From Chromera velia (Eukaryota), in the NCBI GenBank assembly GCA_018398765.1, contig JAHBMJ010000192.1, positions 1 to 54,122 of the forward strand: DNA of 54,122 nt, in the 5' to 3' direction. Positions 1-11,600 of this stretch are shown here, in pieces. The first letter of the stretch is position 1; the number at the start of each line of letters is the position of its first letter. A model generated the notes under the pieces. The model ran no database searches, was not told the origin of the DNA, and saw nothing but the letters and a program-made list of their open reading frames with translations. The translations under genes were made by a program, and so were the position numbers.

Positions 1-138
1 AATGAGTCAGAGGCATCGGATGCAGATTCGGAGGCCTCCCCTGTAGCTGCCGCTGTAGGGCATTTATCACAGTCAGCTTTTTCTCTTCCTGTTTCTTCTG
101 GTTTCTCCTAGGGTTTCTCTTTTGACGGTTTTGCATGT

Positions 139-3100
139 TTGCTTGATCTGGGTACAAGTGGCACTACGTGCACTCGTGGCTGGCTGAACAAGCATGCTGA
201 AGAGTCAGGGTTGCAATGGACTGAGACTGATTTGCTGACACCTCTTTCCGTTGTTACTGCTTGTCGAACGAAAGTGAGGATGCAGCGCCGTGCCACCATT
301 CCTTGCAAACTAAATGGGCAGCCTGCTGTGTTGAAACCGTCCATCATGGAAACAGAAGCAGTCACCCTTCTACTCATCGGCAATCAGTGTCTCATCAAAC
401 TAGGCGCGCGATTTGACTATCGAACTGGATCCTTGGCACTCCCCTCCACCGTTATCAATTTTCTCCGTGCAGCAAATGATCTATTTTTTCTGCCTCTGGA
501 GATAGACGGAACTTCCCCACCCGAGTCCCCACCTGCTTTGAATTCCCCTTCTGTGTCTCCAGCGGCCATTGCGGTGGACCCTGCATCACCTGTGTCCCCT
601 CCGTTGTCTCCTTCTCCAGTTGTCCTCGCAAATGGGCACCTCCCCGCTCGTTTGAAGGCAGCCAAACAGAAGAAGCAGCATCGAGGAAATCGCACCCAGT
701 CTCGTATTGTGAAAACCCATTCGGGAGAATCCGCTGTCTCTCCCCCCGTTTCATTATCTTGTGACAGTTCTCCAGCCTCCGATCAGCCTCCTTCTCAGCA
801 ACCAAAATCTTCTTTCTTACAGGACCCCCCCCCCATCTCCATCAAAGCCACTGTTGATGAACTCATCCGTGCACATCACGAATGGTTAGGACACGCAGGC
901 ATCGAGGCCACTTGGCGTTCCCTCCGTGCGTCCCTTTCTGACCTTCTTCCCGGTCGCAGCAGCATTTCCCGCCGTGCCGTTCAACGCGCCCTGCTCCCAT
1001 GCATCCGAGGCGGTACGTGTGCGCATGTGAAGCCAAGGCATGGGGGAGACGGCACCCGGGGGTCTTTGACGGTCGATCACCCCGGGCAGCGAGTATGTTG
1101 TGACCTTGTGATAGGGTTGAAAGGGGGGTATTCATTGCACATCCAAGACCAGCATAATGACTGGCTCGCTCAAGAGGTAGTCGAAACAAAAGATTCTGCC
1201 ACAATCCGTGCCGCCTATGATTGTTGGTCCCGCAGTCTGGAGGGTGATCTCACCCCTGAGGTGATGACCGATCACGGGACCGAATTTCAAGGTGATTGGT
1301 GTGAGTGGTTAGCTGAGCGGGAAGCCACAAACCCCTTGACCCCTGTAGGCAGCCACCACTCTCTCGGCAAAACAGAGCGTTCCCATCGTGAGTGGCTCAC
1401 GATTTTGCGGGGCATTCTCAGAGATCGAGGTCTTGACGATTTGCATTGGAAGGAGTTTGCTTCCCTTGCCACAGCCAAATACAATCGTCAGCCTTGAGGA
1501 TCCACTCACAAGAGCCCATTCAAGCGACGCTGGGGTGCCCAGCCACCCAGTCCTCCCATCGACGCCCTGCGTGATCTCCTTCAAACCTCCCGTCGCCCCT
1601 CTGCCGAGACGTCCCCATTCCCCATTGGCTCGTCCGTCCTCTACCATCACCCTGACCATCCCCGCGCTAAGCTTGCACCCTCTATACTTCTGCGACTGTT
1701 CTGCAGCGCATAAGTGAGCATATGTTCCGATTGCGTCTTCCTTCTGGACGGCCCATCCTGTCGCATCGCAGGTGCATCCGTCCCAATGACAGCCCCCACC
1801 CAGACCCTGTCTATATCGTTCCATTGCCGTCGGACTCCCCTTCCGAGCGCCCGGACACATCCATTAGGTCTCCTCACCAGGCGCAGCCACAGCAACCGCA
1901 GCAGTCTTCAGATATACAGTGTCCGTCTGACCAGCCGCCCTCTCCCAAGTTTGACATCACTGATTTTGGTAAAAATGAGCTCATTCTTTGGCAGGACGAG
2001 AACACAGGACGCTGTTTCCTTGGTAGCGTCCGTGCTGTTGACCCTGAAGGTGAGGGACGGGTTGAGGTTCAGGCATGGGGATCACACGGCAAGCAGCCTT
2101 TTGCAAGCCGACGCATGCAGCCTGCATGGTGCCCTCTCAGGGGCCGCCCCAAACTTTTGTACGGTGCGCAAAAACCTTCTGGGTGTGGGCCCGAGCTTTG
2201 CTTTCTGGTTCTAGAAGAGGTTGTTGAGCGAAACATTGTCCTCTCTGCCGAGGGGACTCTCCCCTCCCACCTCTGTGACACTTACCGAAGTGTTCTCCTT
2301 GCAAGCCCAGAAACAGTGTTCCCCACCGATCGGTTGTCTTTCGATTCACTTGCCTCCTCAGCAGCCGCGGCTGCCATCTTCCCTCCCCCCCCCTACCCGA
2401 CTCCAGTTGCAGGTGCGTCTGTTGTGTATTTGTGGAACGAGGACACTGAGGTGGGGCCCAGTGCGTTCCAAGCTGCCACCACTCATATTCCTCTCCCACG
2501 CCGGGGGCTCACAGTAGCACAGCTCGACGGGCGAGCCAAGTCCCGCGCCGCAGAGTTGCAATCACTCACCGACAATGATGCATATAAGCGAGTCCCAATT
2601 ATAGAAGTAGACGCCGAGCATCGCCGCTCTGCTGTGCCCACCCATTTTGTTGACACCGAGAAGCGTGTCAAGGAAGGTTCTTGGAAGTACAAGTCTCGAG
2701 TCGTTGCTGATGGCACTCCTTTTTTCGACCGCCGTGAAGGAGTTACAACGTCCTGCGCTACCGTTTCCCAGTCTGCCATACGCATTGCCCTTGCCATGGC
2801 CTTTGCTCACTCCGACTTTGACCCCCGTGAAATTGTTGTGGCCGATGTGAAAACAGCGTACCTCACGGCTCTCCGTTCCGATTCCCTTTATATCTATCCC
2901 CCAAAAGATCACCCAGACCATGGGAAGTTCCTGTGGCTTCTCAACCGCGCGCTTTACGGGCTTCGCGACTCTGGAAATTTGTGGGACCGCTCTCACAACA
3001 AGACGCTCGCAGCAGCAGGGTGGGTGCCTTCCTCTGTTCGAGGAATGTGGTGGAAATGGACGGGTAAGCCTGAGGCCCCCACTTCCCGTCTCCTTGGTAT

Positions 3101-4200
3101 CCTTCCCACGTTTGTTGACGACTTTGCCATCCTGCCTATTGGTCGGTCTGCAGTTCAGCTAGCATGCGAGATTGCAGCCAAAAGAAGTTACCAGATAAAG
3201 ATCACCAAACCCAAGAACGGAACCCTCCGCTGGGCAGGGGTGGATTTCAATGTGTCACGGGACTCTGTGCACATCCACCAAACCAAGTACCTCCTGTCTC
3301 TTCCCCTCCCTGAGGGTATGGGGGATTCTGCAGATTCTTCTGCTTCCATTCCCTCTTCCATCCCTACTCCCCCTCCTGATTTGTTCCCCCTCCCCCCATC
3401 GTCTCGCGAGCTTCCCTCTGAACCGCCCCGTCTCTTGACAGCCCAGGAAGGAAAAGCCTTTCGTGAAAGGTTGGGGTGTCTTTCGTGGGTTGCATAAGAC
3501 ACTCGCCCCAACTTGTCACAAGGGTGCAATCAACTAAGCCGTCATTCCTCCGCTCCCACTCACGCCGACGCTGATTATCTCCTTTCCCTTCTCCGTTATG
3601 CCCCCCGCATCCTCCGTATCTCTCGCTCTGACGTCCCTTCCATATCATCCCCCCTCTCCACTAAGTCATGGAGCGATGCCGCATTGGGGTCTGCCAGTAA
3701 TACGCATCCACAGTCTGGGTGGCTCTTCACTTTGAAGTCTGCCATCCTACACTGGCGGGCATTTTCCCAAAAGCGAGTCGCCCGGTCTTCCACCCGAGCT
3801 GAACTCTACGTTGCTCATGACCTTGTTGATTTCTTAGAGTGTCTTTTGCCTGTCTTGAGGTGCGTCTGGAAAGCGGGAGTCACGGCTGAAGTGGGGGTAA
3901 ACTCCAATGACTTGCTGAAGCTGGTTTCCAGTGAGATGCCCCATCCGACCGAGCGTGCCCTCCAATCCGTCATAGAGTCACTTCAGCTCTGCATCATCGA
4001 AAAATCGCCCTGCACACTCGTTCTGCACACCCTTTCCCTCTGTGATGCGCTGGATGAAGCTTCTATCCGCCTTTCGTTCGTCCCTTCCCATTCCAATGTG
4101 GCTGACCCCTTGACAAAGCCAATGTCCATTGAGCTTTTACTTCTTTTTTTCACTTCTCACTCCTCTCCTTCTCTCACGTCGACCCTATCTCCGATTGCCC

Positions 4201-4205
<5 letters not shown>
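139..4205 (+). pseudogene. pol: Disrupted pol polyprotein (protease, integrase, RT, RNase H)
   Basis: ORFs 139-1497, 1722-3497 and 3513-4205 are joined across an in-frame TGA (1495), a frameshift near 1680 and an in-frame TAA (3495). Confidence 0.88.
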
Positions 4206-4235
<30 letters not shown>

Positions 4236-4245
4236 AAGAAAGGAA
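4204..4245 (+). other. Polypurine tract (A30-GAAAGAAAGGAA), putative PPT
   Basis: 42-nt pure purine run overlapping the pol stop codon and ending 4 nt before TGTAATC. Confidence 0.55.
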
Positions 4246-4249
4246 TGCA

Positions 4250-4675
4250 TGTAATCAGCCACTTATAGAGAGGAGGCAGGCGTGCATTGGTTGGCCCGAC
4301 TTGGCCGGTCCCGTGCTGCTGCGTTGCCTATCGGTGTGGCGCGGCTTGAGATATTACAGAGACGGAGAAAATATATGCGTCAATCCATGTTGTGAAATTG
4401 CTCAGTGAAATGCTCAGGATGATTCGATGGAACAACTATCAATCGATGAGAGCAGAAGCCGGACAAACATCTTGCATTATTATTCCTATATAGAGAACCG
4501 TGTAAGTGACTAGACTAATGTCCTTAACTGGACCATTCTAGTTCTCTTCATTATTTTCTCCGTCTCCGTAATATCTCAAGCCGCGCCGCATCGATAGGCA
4601 ACGCAGCAGCACGGGACCGGCCAAGTCGGGCCGACCAATGCACGCCCGCCTCCTTTCTATAAGTGGCTGATTACA
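4250..4675. repeat. 426-bp fold-back unit with ~124-bp inverted arms; putative 3' LTR (alternatively a MITE)
   Basis: 4250-4373 is the reverse complement of 4552-4675 with 6 mismatches. The unit starts TGTA and ends TACA, and no flanking TSD is visible. Confidence 0.85.
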
Positions 4676-5493
4676 CTAAGTAATTAAGTCATGGTAAACA
4701 ATCTCTTTAAAAAAAAAAAAAAAACTTTTACCTTATGGTTACCCTAGGGGAACTTACCGATGGTTACCCAATTAAACTCTGGACTAAGGGGCCACGTACG
4801 ACATCTCTTCTTATCCTAGACGTATCACACATACCAAAAAGTAAACCAAAATGGGCTTTAATTATTTTTTTTTTCTGTGCAGCACTTAGACAACAGTTAT
4901 GAAACATTAAAACGACTGTGACACTACAGTTACACAACACTTGAACAACAGTTGTTTGTCACCTAACATCGTCGGCAAAACAAAAACAAAAACGAGAATT
5001 AATTGGCATTATTATTTTTTTTTTGCCGTGATACTCCTAGTTCTCATCATGTAGCATTCATCATTTTTGAATTCAAACAACAGAATATTAAAATTGTTAT
5101 TTAAATTTGGTTGAAACCAGTCAAGCAATTCATTCAAGCAAAATTGAAGAAAATCTACACTGAATCACAACAAATTTTCTACATACTCATCAATCCAATC
5201 ACCTCTCTCTCTCTTTGTCTCTCTCTCTCTCTCTCGCGCGCGCGCTTTGTGTGTGTGTGTGTGTGTGTGTGTGTGGCAAAGAGAGAGACGGAGAGAGACA
5301 AGGGGGGAGGCGAGACACAGCAAAAAACAAATAAAAAAACTGGGGGAGAGAGAAACGGGGACAGACAATCACGAATAAAGTACAAGCGTACAATGTCCGC
5401 TCTCTCTTCTTACAACCCCACAAAATATATCTCAGCCCGCCTGCGTTTGTCATGCAGGAGAAAGCTTTGGTACACCCATGCCCCGGAGAGGCC

Positions 5494-5566
5494 TTAGAGA
5501 ACTCCTGTCTTTGCCGCTTGTCGTACCTCCTCATCTCTGTCGCTGAGAGACGTCCCGAGGCTGCAA

Positions 5567-5600
<34 letters not shown>

Positions 5601-8600
5601 ACACACGAGGGAGAGAAGAGAGAAAAGCCGGGCGGAGGGAGCTGGTTGATCTTGTAAGCCGGGTATCTGAGCAAAAAATAAAGAGAAAGGAAGGAAGTAA
5701 AGCTCCACAGATCACCGAACGAAAAGAGAGCGGGGGCAGATCGAAGCAGTTAATTCGTACAGAGAGCGAATCGAGAACCACATAACAGACCTGCTCCTGC
5801 AAAAGAATCAGGATGGCAAAAAGAGAAAGAAAAGAGGCGACTGACGGGACAGGTGCCATTTTGTCTCCCCACGTGGTCTCACTTCCGTATCCTTTAGAAT
5901 CTTCTCCCTGTACCCCGACTCCCACTTGCCCTTTGCTGTTGGACCCCCAGCAATAAACGAGGCCACCCTGGCCGTAATTAATAGCTCTTTCACGCTGTCT
6001 GCGCTGCTGAAAAGGCAGAGAATGTACTGCCGATGCGGTGGGATCCAGGTCTCTGTCCCATGTGCGCAAGGACGCGAAGGTCAAGCCCTCATCAGGCACT
6101 TTGTTGGGATTCTTCACAAAGTATCGACTCCAATTACGAACCCTCCCCCCTTGCATGCCTAGATTAAGGGGGTCAGACGCAAACGAGCTGGTCAAATGAA
6201 CAATGGTGCACGAGTGGGAGTCTCCAGATGTCAGGGAGACAGGGGAAGGGGGGAGAACGTCCTTGCAGTGGCATTCTAGGGCTCCTGCTTCTCCATCCCA
6301 ATCACCATTCCTCGTTGTCGGATAGTTTTTCCGTCTCTGTAACGGTCCTCGGAGGTTACCCGTTCCCTCTAAGTCTGCCAACATGTACCCCCTCCCCAGA
6401 GTCACGGCCCACATGTGCGCCCAACACCCTTCTGCTATGCGGTAGGACACGATCCGCTTTTCCCAATTAGGCGGGCGCCCTGCTTGGTCCGGTCTGAAGG
6501 TGTTTGTCAGGGGGACGTCTTTGAGATTCTTGGAGAATCCCTGAGGCACACACAACTCGTGCCCGAGCATTTCCTCTGCGTCATAAAAGCAACACCCTCT
6601 CTTAAAATTTCTCCTCGACTCCTGCCGACTAGCATAGAAGTAAGTATACGGAGTCCTCAGAAGAGACGCACCCTGACAGTGACAGTTGATCCACCAGGGA
6701 ATGATCTCAAGTCTGTCCAGAATTTCCTGATCTACCTTCTGGTTGGCGTATCCTGAGTTGGTGCGGGGGATCACCACCCACCCCTCTCTTTGTAATTGTT
6801 GATCCCACCCTCCCACCTCTGCAACACATCCGTCCGGCACTCGAACGGAGAACATTTTTTCCAGCTCTACGGTGGTGGGCCTGTTCGGGTCTAGAACGGA
6901 TGAGGTGGTGGTGCAGTATTGTTCGTTTGTCACAGCCGACACGAGACAACAGCCAACAGGCGCACTAGACAGACTGTCCGCCCCCCATTGCCATTTGGAA
7001 ATGATGGCAGGGGCCAAAACAGTGGAAGAGCGGCCTTTGCCAAAGAAAACCCTTCCCATGGCATCTGAAGCTGAGCGTTTCTGGGTACGGAGCCTGCCTG
7101 ACTGAGACAAATCTCCGCGCCCCCAGCATTGCGTCTGGCCGACGTCAATATCCTCGGGCCCGTCTCCATCCCCGTTTCTCCATTTTTCCCATATGTCCCA
7201 TTCATATACCATCGGATTTGCCCATTGGCGCTTTTCCCCAAAGGATCCCTTCAGCTGAGCATCTTTAGTCGGACTGGAGAATGCCACTACAAAGTCTCGG
7301 AGAAGGCGAGCGTAGTTCTCAAACCGCGCGGGAATGCCCGAGACCCTCTGGTAGGTATCCGTGTTCCGGATCGGGATCGTCGTGGCACAGGTAAATCCGT
7401 TGCCCGCAGTGATTGCGATAGGGTCTCTGCCCGCTCCCGCTTGGACTCCTGTTGAGGATGGATGTCGATGAAGAGAAGGAATGACAGTGAATTAATTGTA
7501 GTGCTCTATAACGTCTTCTTTTTTCTTTTTGAAGGGAAGCGATCACCTGAGTGAGCTTGAAGGGAGTGAAGAAAAAAAGATGGGAAAAGCCTAAGTTTGA
7601 GAAGAGGCTGGTGGGGTCAGGCTGGACCGAAGAAAGCAAGAAGGGGCAGAAGGAAGGAAGGACATGAAGGAGGGCGTTAGACACTCACTTGCGCGCCCGC
7701 ACACACACACACACACACACACATACACACACACGCACACGCACACGCACACGCACACGCACACGCACACATACACACAGAAGCATAGTCTCTTCTTCCT
7801 CGGAGAGGGAGGGACAGTTTTTGTCGGAGAAGCTCATAAGTACAAGACGGACAGACGACGGCAGAACAGGAACAGACTCACGTGGGTATGCCGCCTCAGA
7901 GGTGTCCCATGCTGCCGAGGGGAGGGCAGTGAAAAAGGAAAGGAAGGTTGGTGAATTAAATGTTGATGGTGAATGTTCATGTATAGGCATGCGTCTTGAA
8001 CCGCAAAAGGTCATGCAGTCAGGGATGGAAAGATTGATTGAGTCGAGAAAAAAGCGGAAACCTTCCCTCTTGAGACGAAAGCGTCGAATTTCGGTTTCCT
8101 GAAAAAGAGATCCGCAAAGCCACCGAGACTCAGACAGAGAAGCAGAAAATAACTGGACAAGAAGCGTATCGATCGAGAGAGAAATTCGCGCTTTTAAGTG
8201 TGAAGATACGCGCCAAGCTCTTTTTCGAAGGATGTGATAACTCATTTTGTCTCCCTCCTTCTCTTGCTTCTTCCTTCCTTCCTTCCTGCCTGCCTGCCTG
8301 CCTGCCAGCCTGCCTGCCTTCCTTCCTTTCTTCTCTCTCTGTGTACTCACGTGAGTGGCCGAGCTGTCCGTAATTTGTGGCGTCCTGCTTTGCCCCCCAG
8401 CAATAAATTGCTGAGGGCTTGAGTTGTTTGTACTTGGCGTATGCGAGTTCTCTGTCTTCGTAGTCCGGCGCTCTCCTCGGATAGTTTGCAGGGGTGATCA
8501 CAATACAACTATGGTCGGACCCCGCAGTCAGCCCCGTGATGGCGTCATGATGCTTGATGAATTTCGACAGCATCAACTGTTGCGGGGGGTACCGAGGCCA

Positions 8601-11600
8601 AGTCTGAGTGTCGATACCTTCATGGTCCCCCAGAACCTGTCCGTATCTGTTGTCGCCCCAACAGAACACGTGCTCCTTGTTTAGGGCATCTCGGTAAACT
8701 GCGCAGGTGTGATCGCTCCCTGCGGCTAGGCCCACAGGCTCCCACAGATTACAGCACGCACACGGGGAGTGACTGAAGAGGCAGCCGTCACCCGGCCTGA
8801 CGGCAAGCATCACAGCTGCATGCATGCAGGAAATCAGGCAGGAAGGAACGCAGGCAGGCAGGCAGGCAGGAAGGCAGGCAGGGAGGCAAGGAATGTGCAT
8901 TCAAAGAATCACAAAGCTTGCGAATCAACAAAGAAGAGTCAAAAGAAAACCAAGTGACAGAAGAAGAACCCAAAAAAGACCGCTCGTTTGCATCCTTCAA
9001 AGCTCTTTTTCTGATTCTGTGACGCCACTGGTCACCATACCCACAAACCTAGACAGCTGAATCGAGGCACATACTGTAGGATTCCTGCCCTTAATTTTGC
9101 GAGAGACACATCTCCAATCTGTGAGAAAGTGCACATCTCTCTTTCGGATCGCTGTTGCTTTCCCTTCCTTTTTGTTTCACTCCCTACTCACTTGTTGAGT
9201 ATCTGGCATCATCAGGTCCCCCCACAGGGTACCATCTAAAGGCGGGGTTGACGCTCTGGGCGGACATGGCAGTGTGGCCTATGTGGGTGATGTGGGGCAT
9301 GTCGATGCCCAGCTGTCCTCTGCTGTTGTCTCCGAAGCAGAAGATGCGATGAGGGTACGTCATGATTGCACACACGTGGGCGCGTCCAACGGCAACGGGC
9401 TGAAGAGGGGCGTCTCGGTCCATAATCTTCACTCGGCCTGCATGCGGCCGGTCGGTTGGTCAATCGATCCATACATCAACATAGGAAGAGAAGAGAAGAG
9501 AAGAGAAGAGAAAAGGCGTCTGTGCAGTCGAAAGATGATGGAGGTCAGGAAGGAAGGAAGGAAAAGGTTCACTGTACTGAATGGGGGCAGTTAGAGAGGA
9601 GAGGAGTGCTGCCAAAAAATGGAAAAACTTGACGCAACGCAAAAAGGTGCAAAAGCTGTTGAAAAATAAAATAAAAATAAACTCCGGATTCAGGGAAAGC
9701 ATTGTATGGATCATGAAACGGCTCGCAAAGGAAAAAGGAATGTTTTTGTGCCGTGAGATGGACCGCAGAGTCATGCGCGTGAATGACAATAAAAAGGCAG
9801 AAAGCGAGCACGTAGAGGATGAATTGCGATTCGATCCGCCTGCTTTTGAGGCAAAGTAACAATGGAATTTCCACTCAATCTGGCAAAGGGCGGTATCACT
9901 CACTTTGCGTCTCAGTAGAACTACTCTAAATAACTGTGGGCTGACTCTCGGGGTATGGCATCTTTGAGTAGGGCAGATTCCACATCATTCTGTCGGCCTG
10001 CTGTCCAGCTCCCCATCCGGTGCTGTTCCCCTTGAAATGCCCCAGTTGGCCCATATCATTTCTCCCCCAGCACTTCAACAAGCCAGAGACCATTAGCACA
10101 CAAGTGAATCGGTATCCGGCATACACCCTGTAGGGCAGGTCCTGATTCACTGCATGCAATATTAATAGAAAAAGAATTTCCGTACTGAAAAACGGTCTCT
10201 GCGCATATTAAGAATTAGCAGGGTGCTCGCAGAAAGACCGCGCTTTCACTCTTCAGATTCTTTGCCGGCTCAAAACTCAAATTGGTTCCAACAAAGCCAG
10301 GAGATGATCAAAGGACGGAAAGATTGCCCTTCGCATCCCCTCTTTCAAAAATTCGCTCCACACGATGGTTGGACATCAAATAAGAAAAACACTCTCTGCC
10401 TCTCCCTTTGGAAGATCGAACCCGAGCGCCATGGAGACTTGAAGAGTCTCTGAATCGTTGACCGACATATTTCATTGGGAGTCGGTGAACAAAACATGGG
10501 GGCAAAAAAAAAAGAGGTCGGGACAGAACGGACCTGTAGGGATGAATCTTTCATCCTCACTCTGGGGTTCATGGGGCATGCGCCACTGCTCCCACTTGTG
10601 CTCCCATTCAATTTTGTTGTCCCTGCCGGGTCGCCTCAGGCCTGGCCGAAGCGCTGCGGGGAAAAAGAGAGGGGGGGGAGCAGAAAAACGGCATTTTCAT
10701 CACGCAGTCAGAAGACAGAAGGAAAAGCAACTTCTCGTTGGAGAATGATCAAACGAGTGCATTGTTTTGAGAAGAATATTAATTCTTCTCTGTCAGCAGG
10801 CTACGGCAGAGAACAGAACGAGAAGAATGCTTTCGGGAGAGAGATAGAGCTGCCACATACTGAGAACGTATGTATGGACTAATGATGTTGCGTTCGCTGG
10901 TCTTGCTGTACGTGTCTGCAGTGGTGCCCTTTCTTTGTGCCCTTCACACCATCCTCGTCCGTGCATGCGCACCAGGCGAAATGCATATTTAGAGCTTGAT
11001 GGTCTTTTTTTTATCCCGACAATAGACTCACTGACTGACTTGGCCCCAGGTTGACGAATGGCACTTCCTCCATGGCTGGCCACAATGGGTCGGTGCTGTC
11101 AATGCCCAGCTGGCCTTCGCTGTTGTCCCCCCAGCACTTCACTTGGCCTGCAGAGATCGGGAGGTCAAGTGGAAGAACTAAGCAGAGAAAGAGAGGAAGG
11201 ACAAACAACGCTTACAGGAACCTGAAGGTAGGCTTTTCGGTTCTTTTAGAAGACATGCGCCACGAAGCAGGGAAGGAGCACCCATCCCAGGACGTGCTCG
11301 CTCTTCGCAGCTGAGCAGACAGGGGGACGACTCGCGAATGAATCCCCTCTCTTCCTCTTCTCTTTGATGGCACAGCGAAAAAATGCGGAAACAAGAGCAG
11401 GCTACAAGCTTTCGAAAGCAAAAAAAAAAGCGAGAGTCATAGCGAGCAAAAAGAAAAGCCCACAGTGACACAAAACCAAGAGAGTCGAATCGTCTGACCG
11501 ATGTCGAGCACCGCACACGAGTGATCCCATCCCGCGGCCACATGGTACGCTCCTGCTCACGTAGCGATTGCATGAACAGAGAGAGGGACACAGGACGAAT

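Larger units (their letters stand above)
1..4675 (+). mobile_element. Copia-order (PR-IN-RT-RH) LTR retrotransposon, decayed; 5' part lies outside the window
   Basis: Protease-like LLDLG (~139), HHCC + DDE integrase (~870-1500), Copia RT motifs (KSRVVADG, ADVKTAYL, LNRALYGLRDSG, FVDD) and Copia RNase H motifs (WSDAAL, QKRVARSSTRAEL, NVADPLTK). These are followed by a purine tract and a TG...CA-bounded unit. Confidence 0.9.

Noticed and set aside
4204..4233. Poly(A) tail indicating a LINE-mediated retrocopy of the Copia mRNA
   Set aside because: The run continues as a purine tract directly into a TG...CA unit, which fits PPT + LTR better. Not fully excluded.
5670..5845. Hydrophobic C-terminal stretch (VASFLSLFAILILL) in ORF 5494-7287 as a TM helix
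   Set aside because: It follows a GTCAGT donor and is pyrimidine-rich, ending in CAG, so it is most likely intron read-through.
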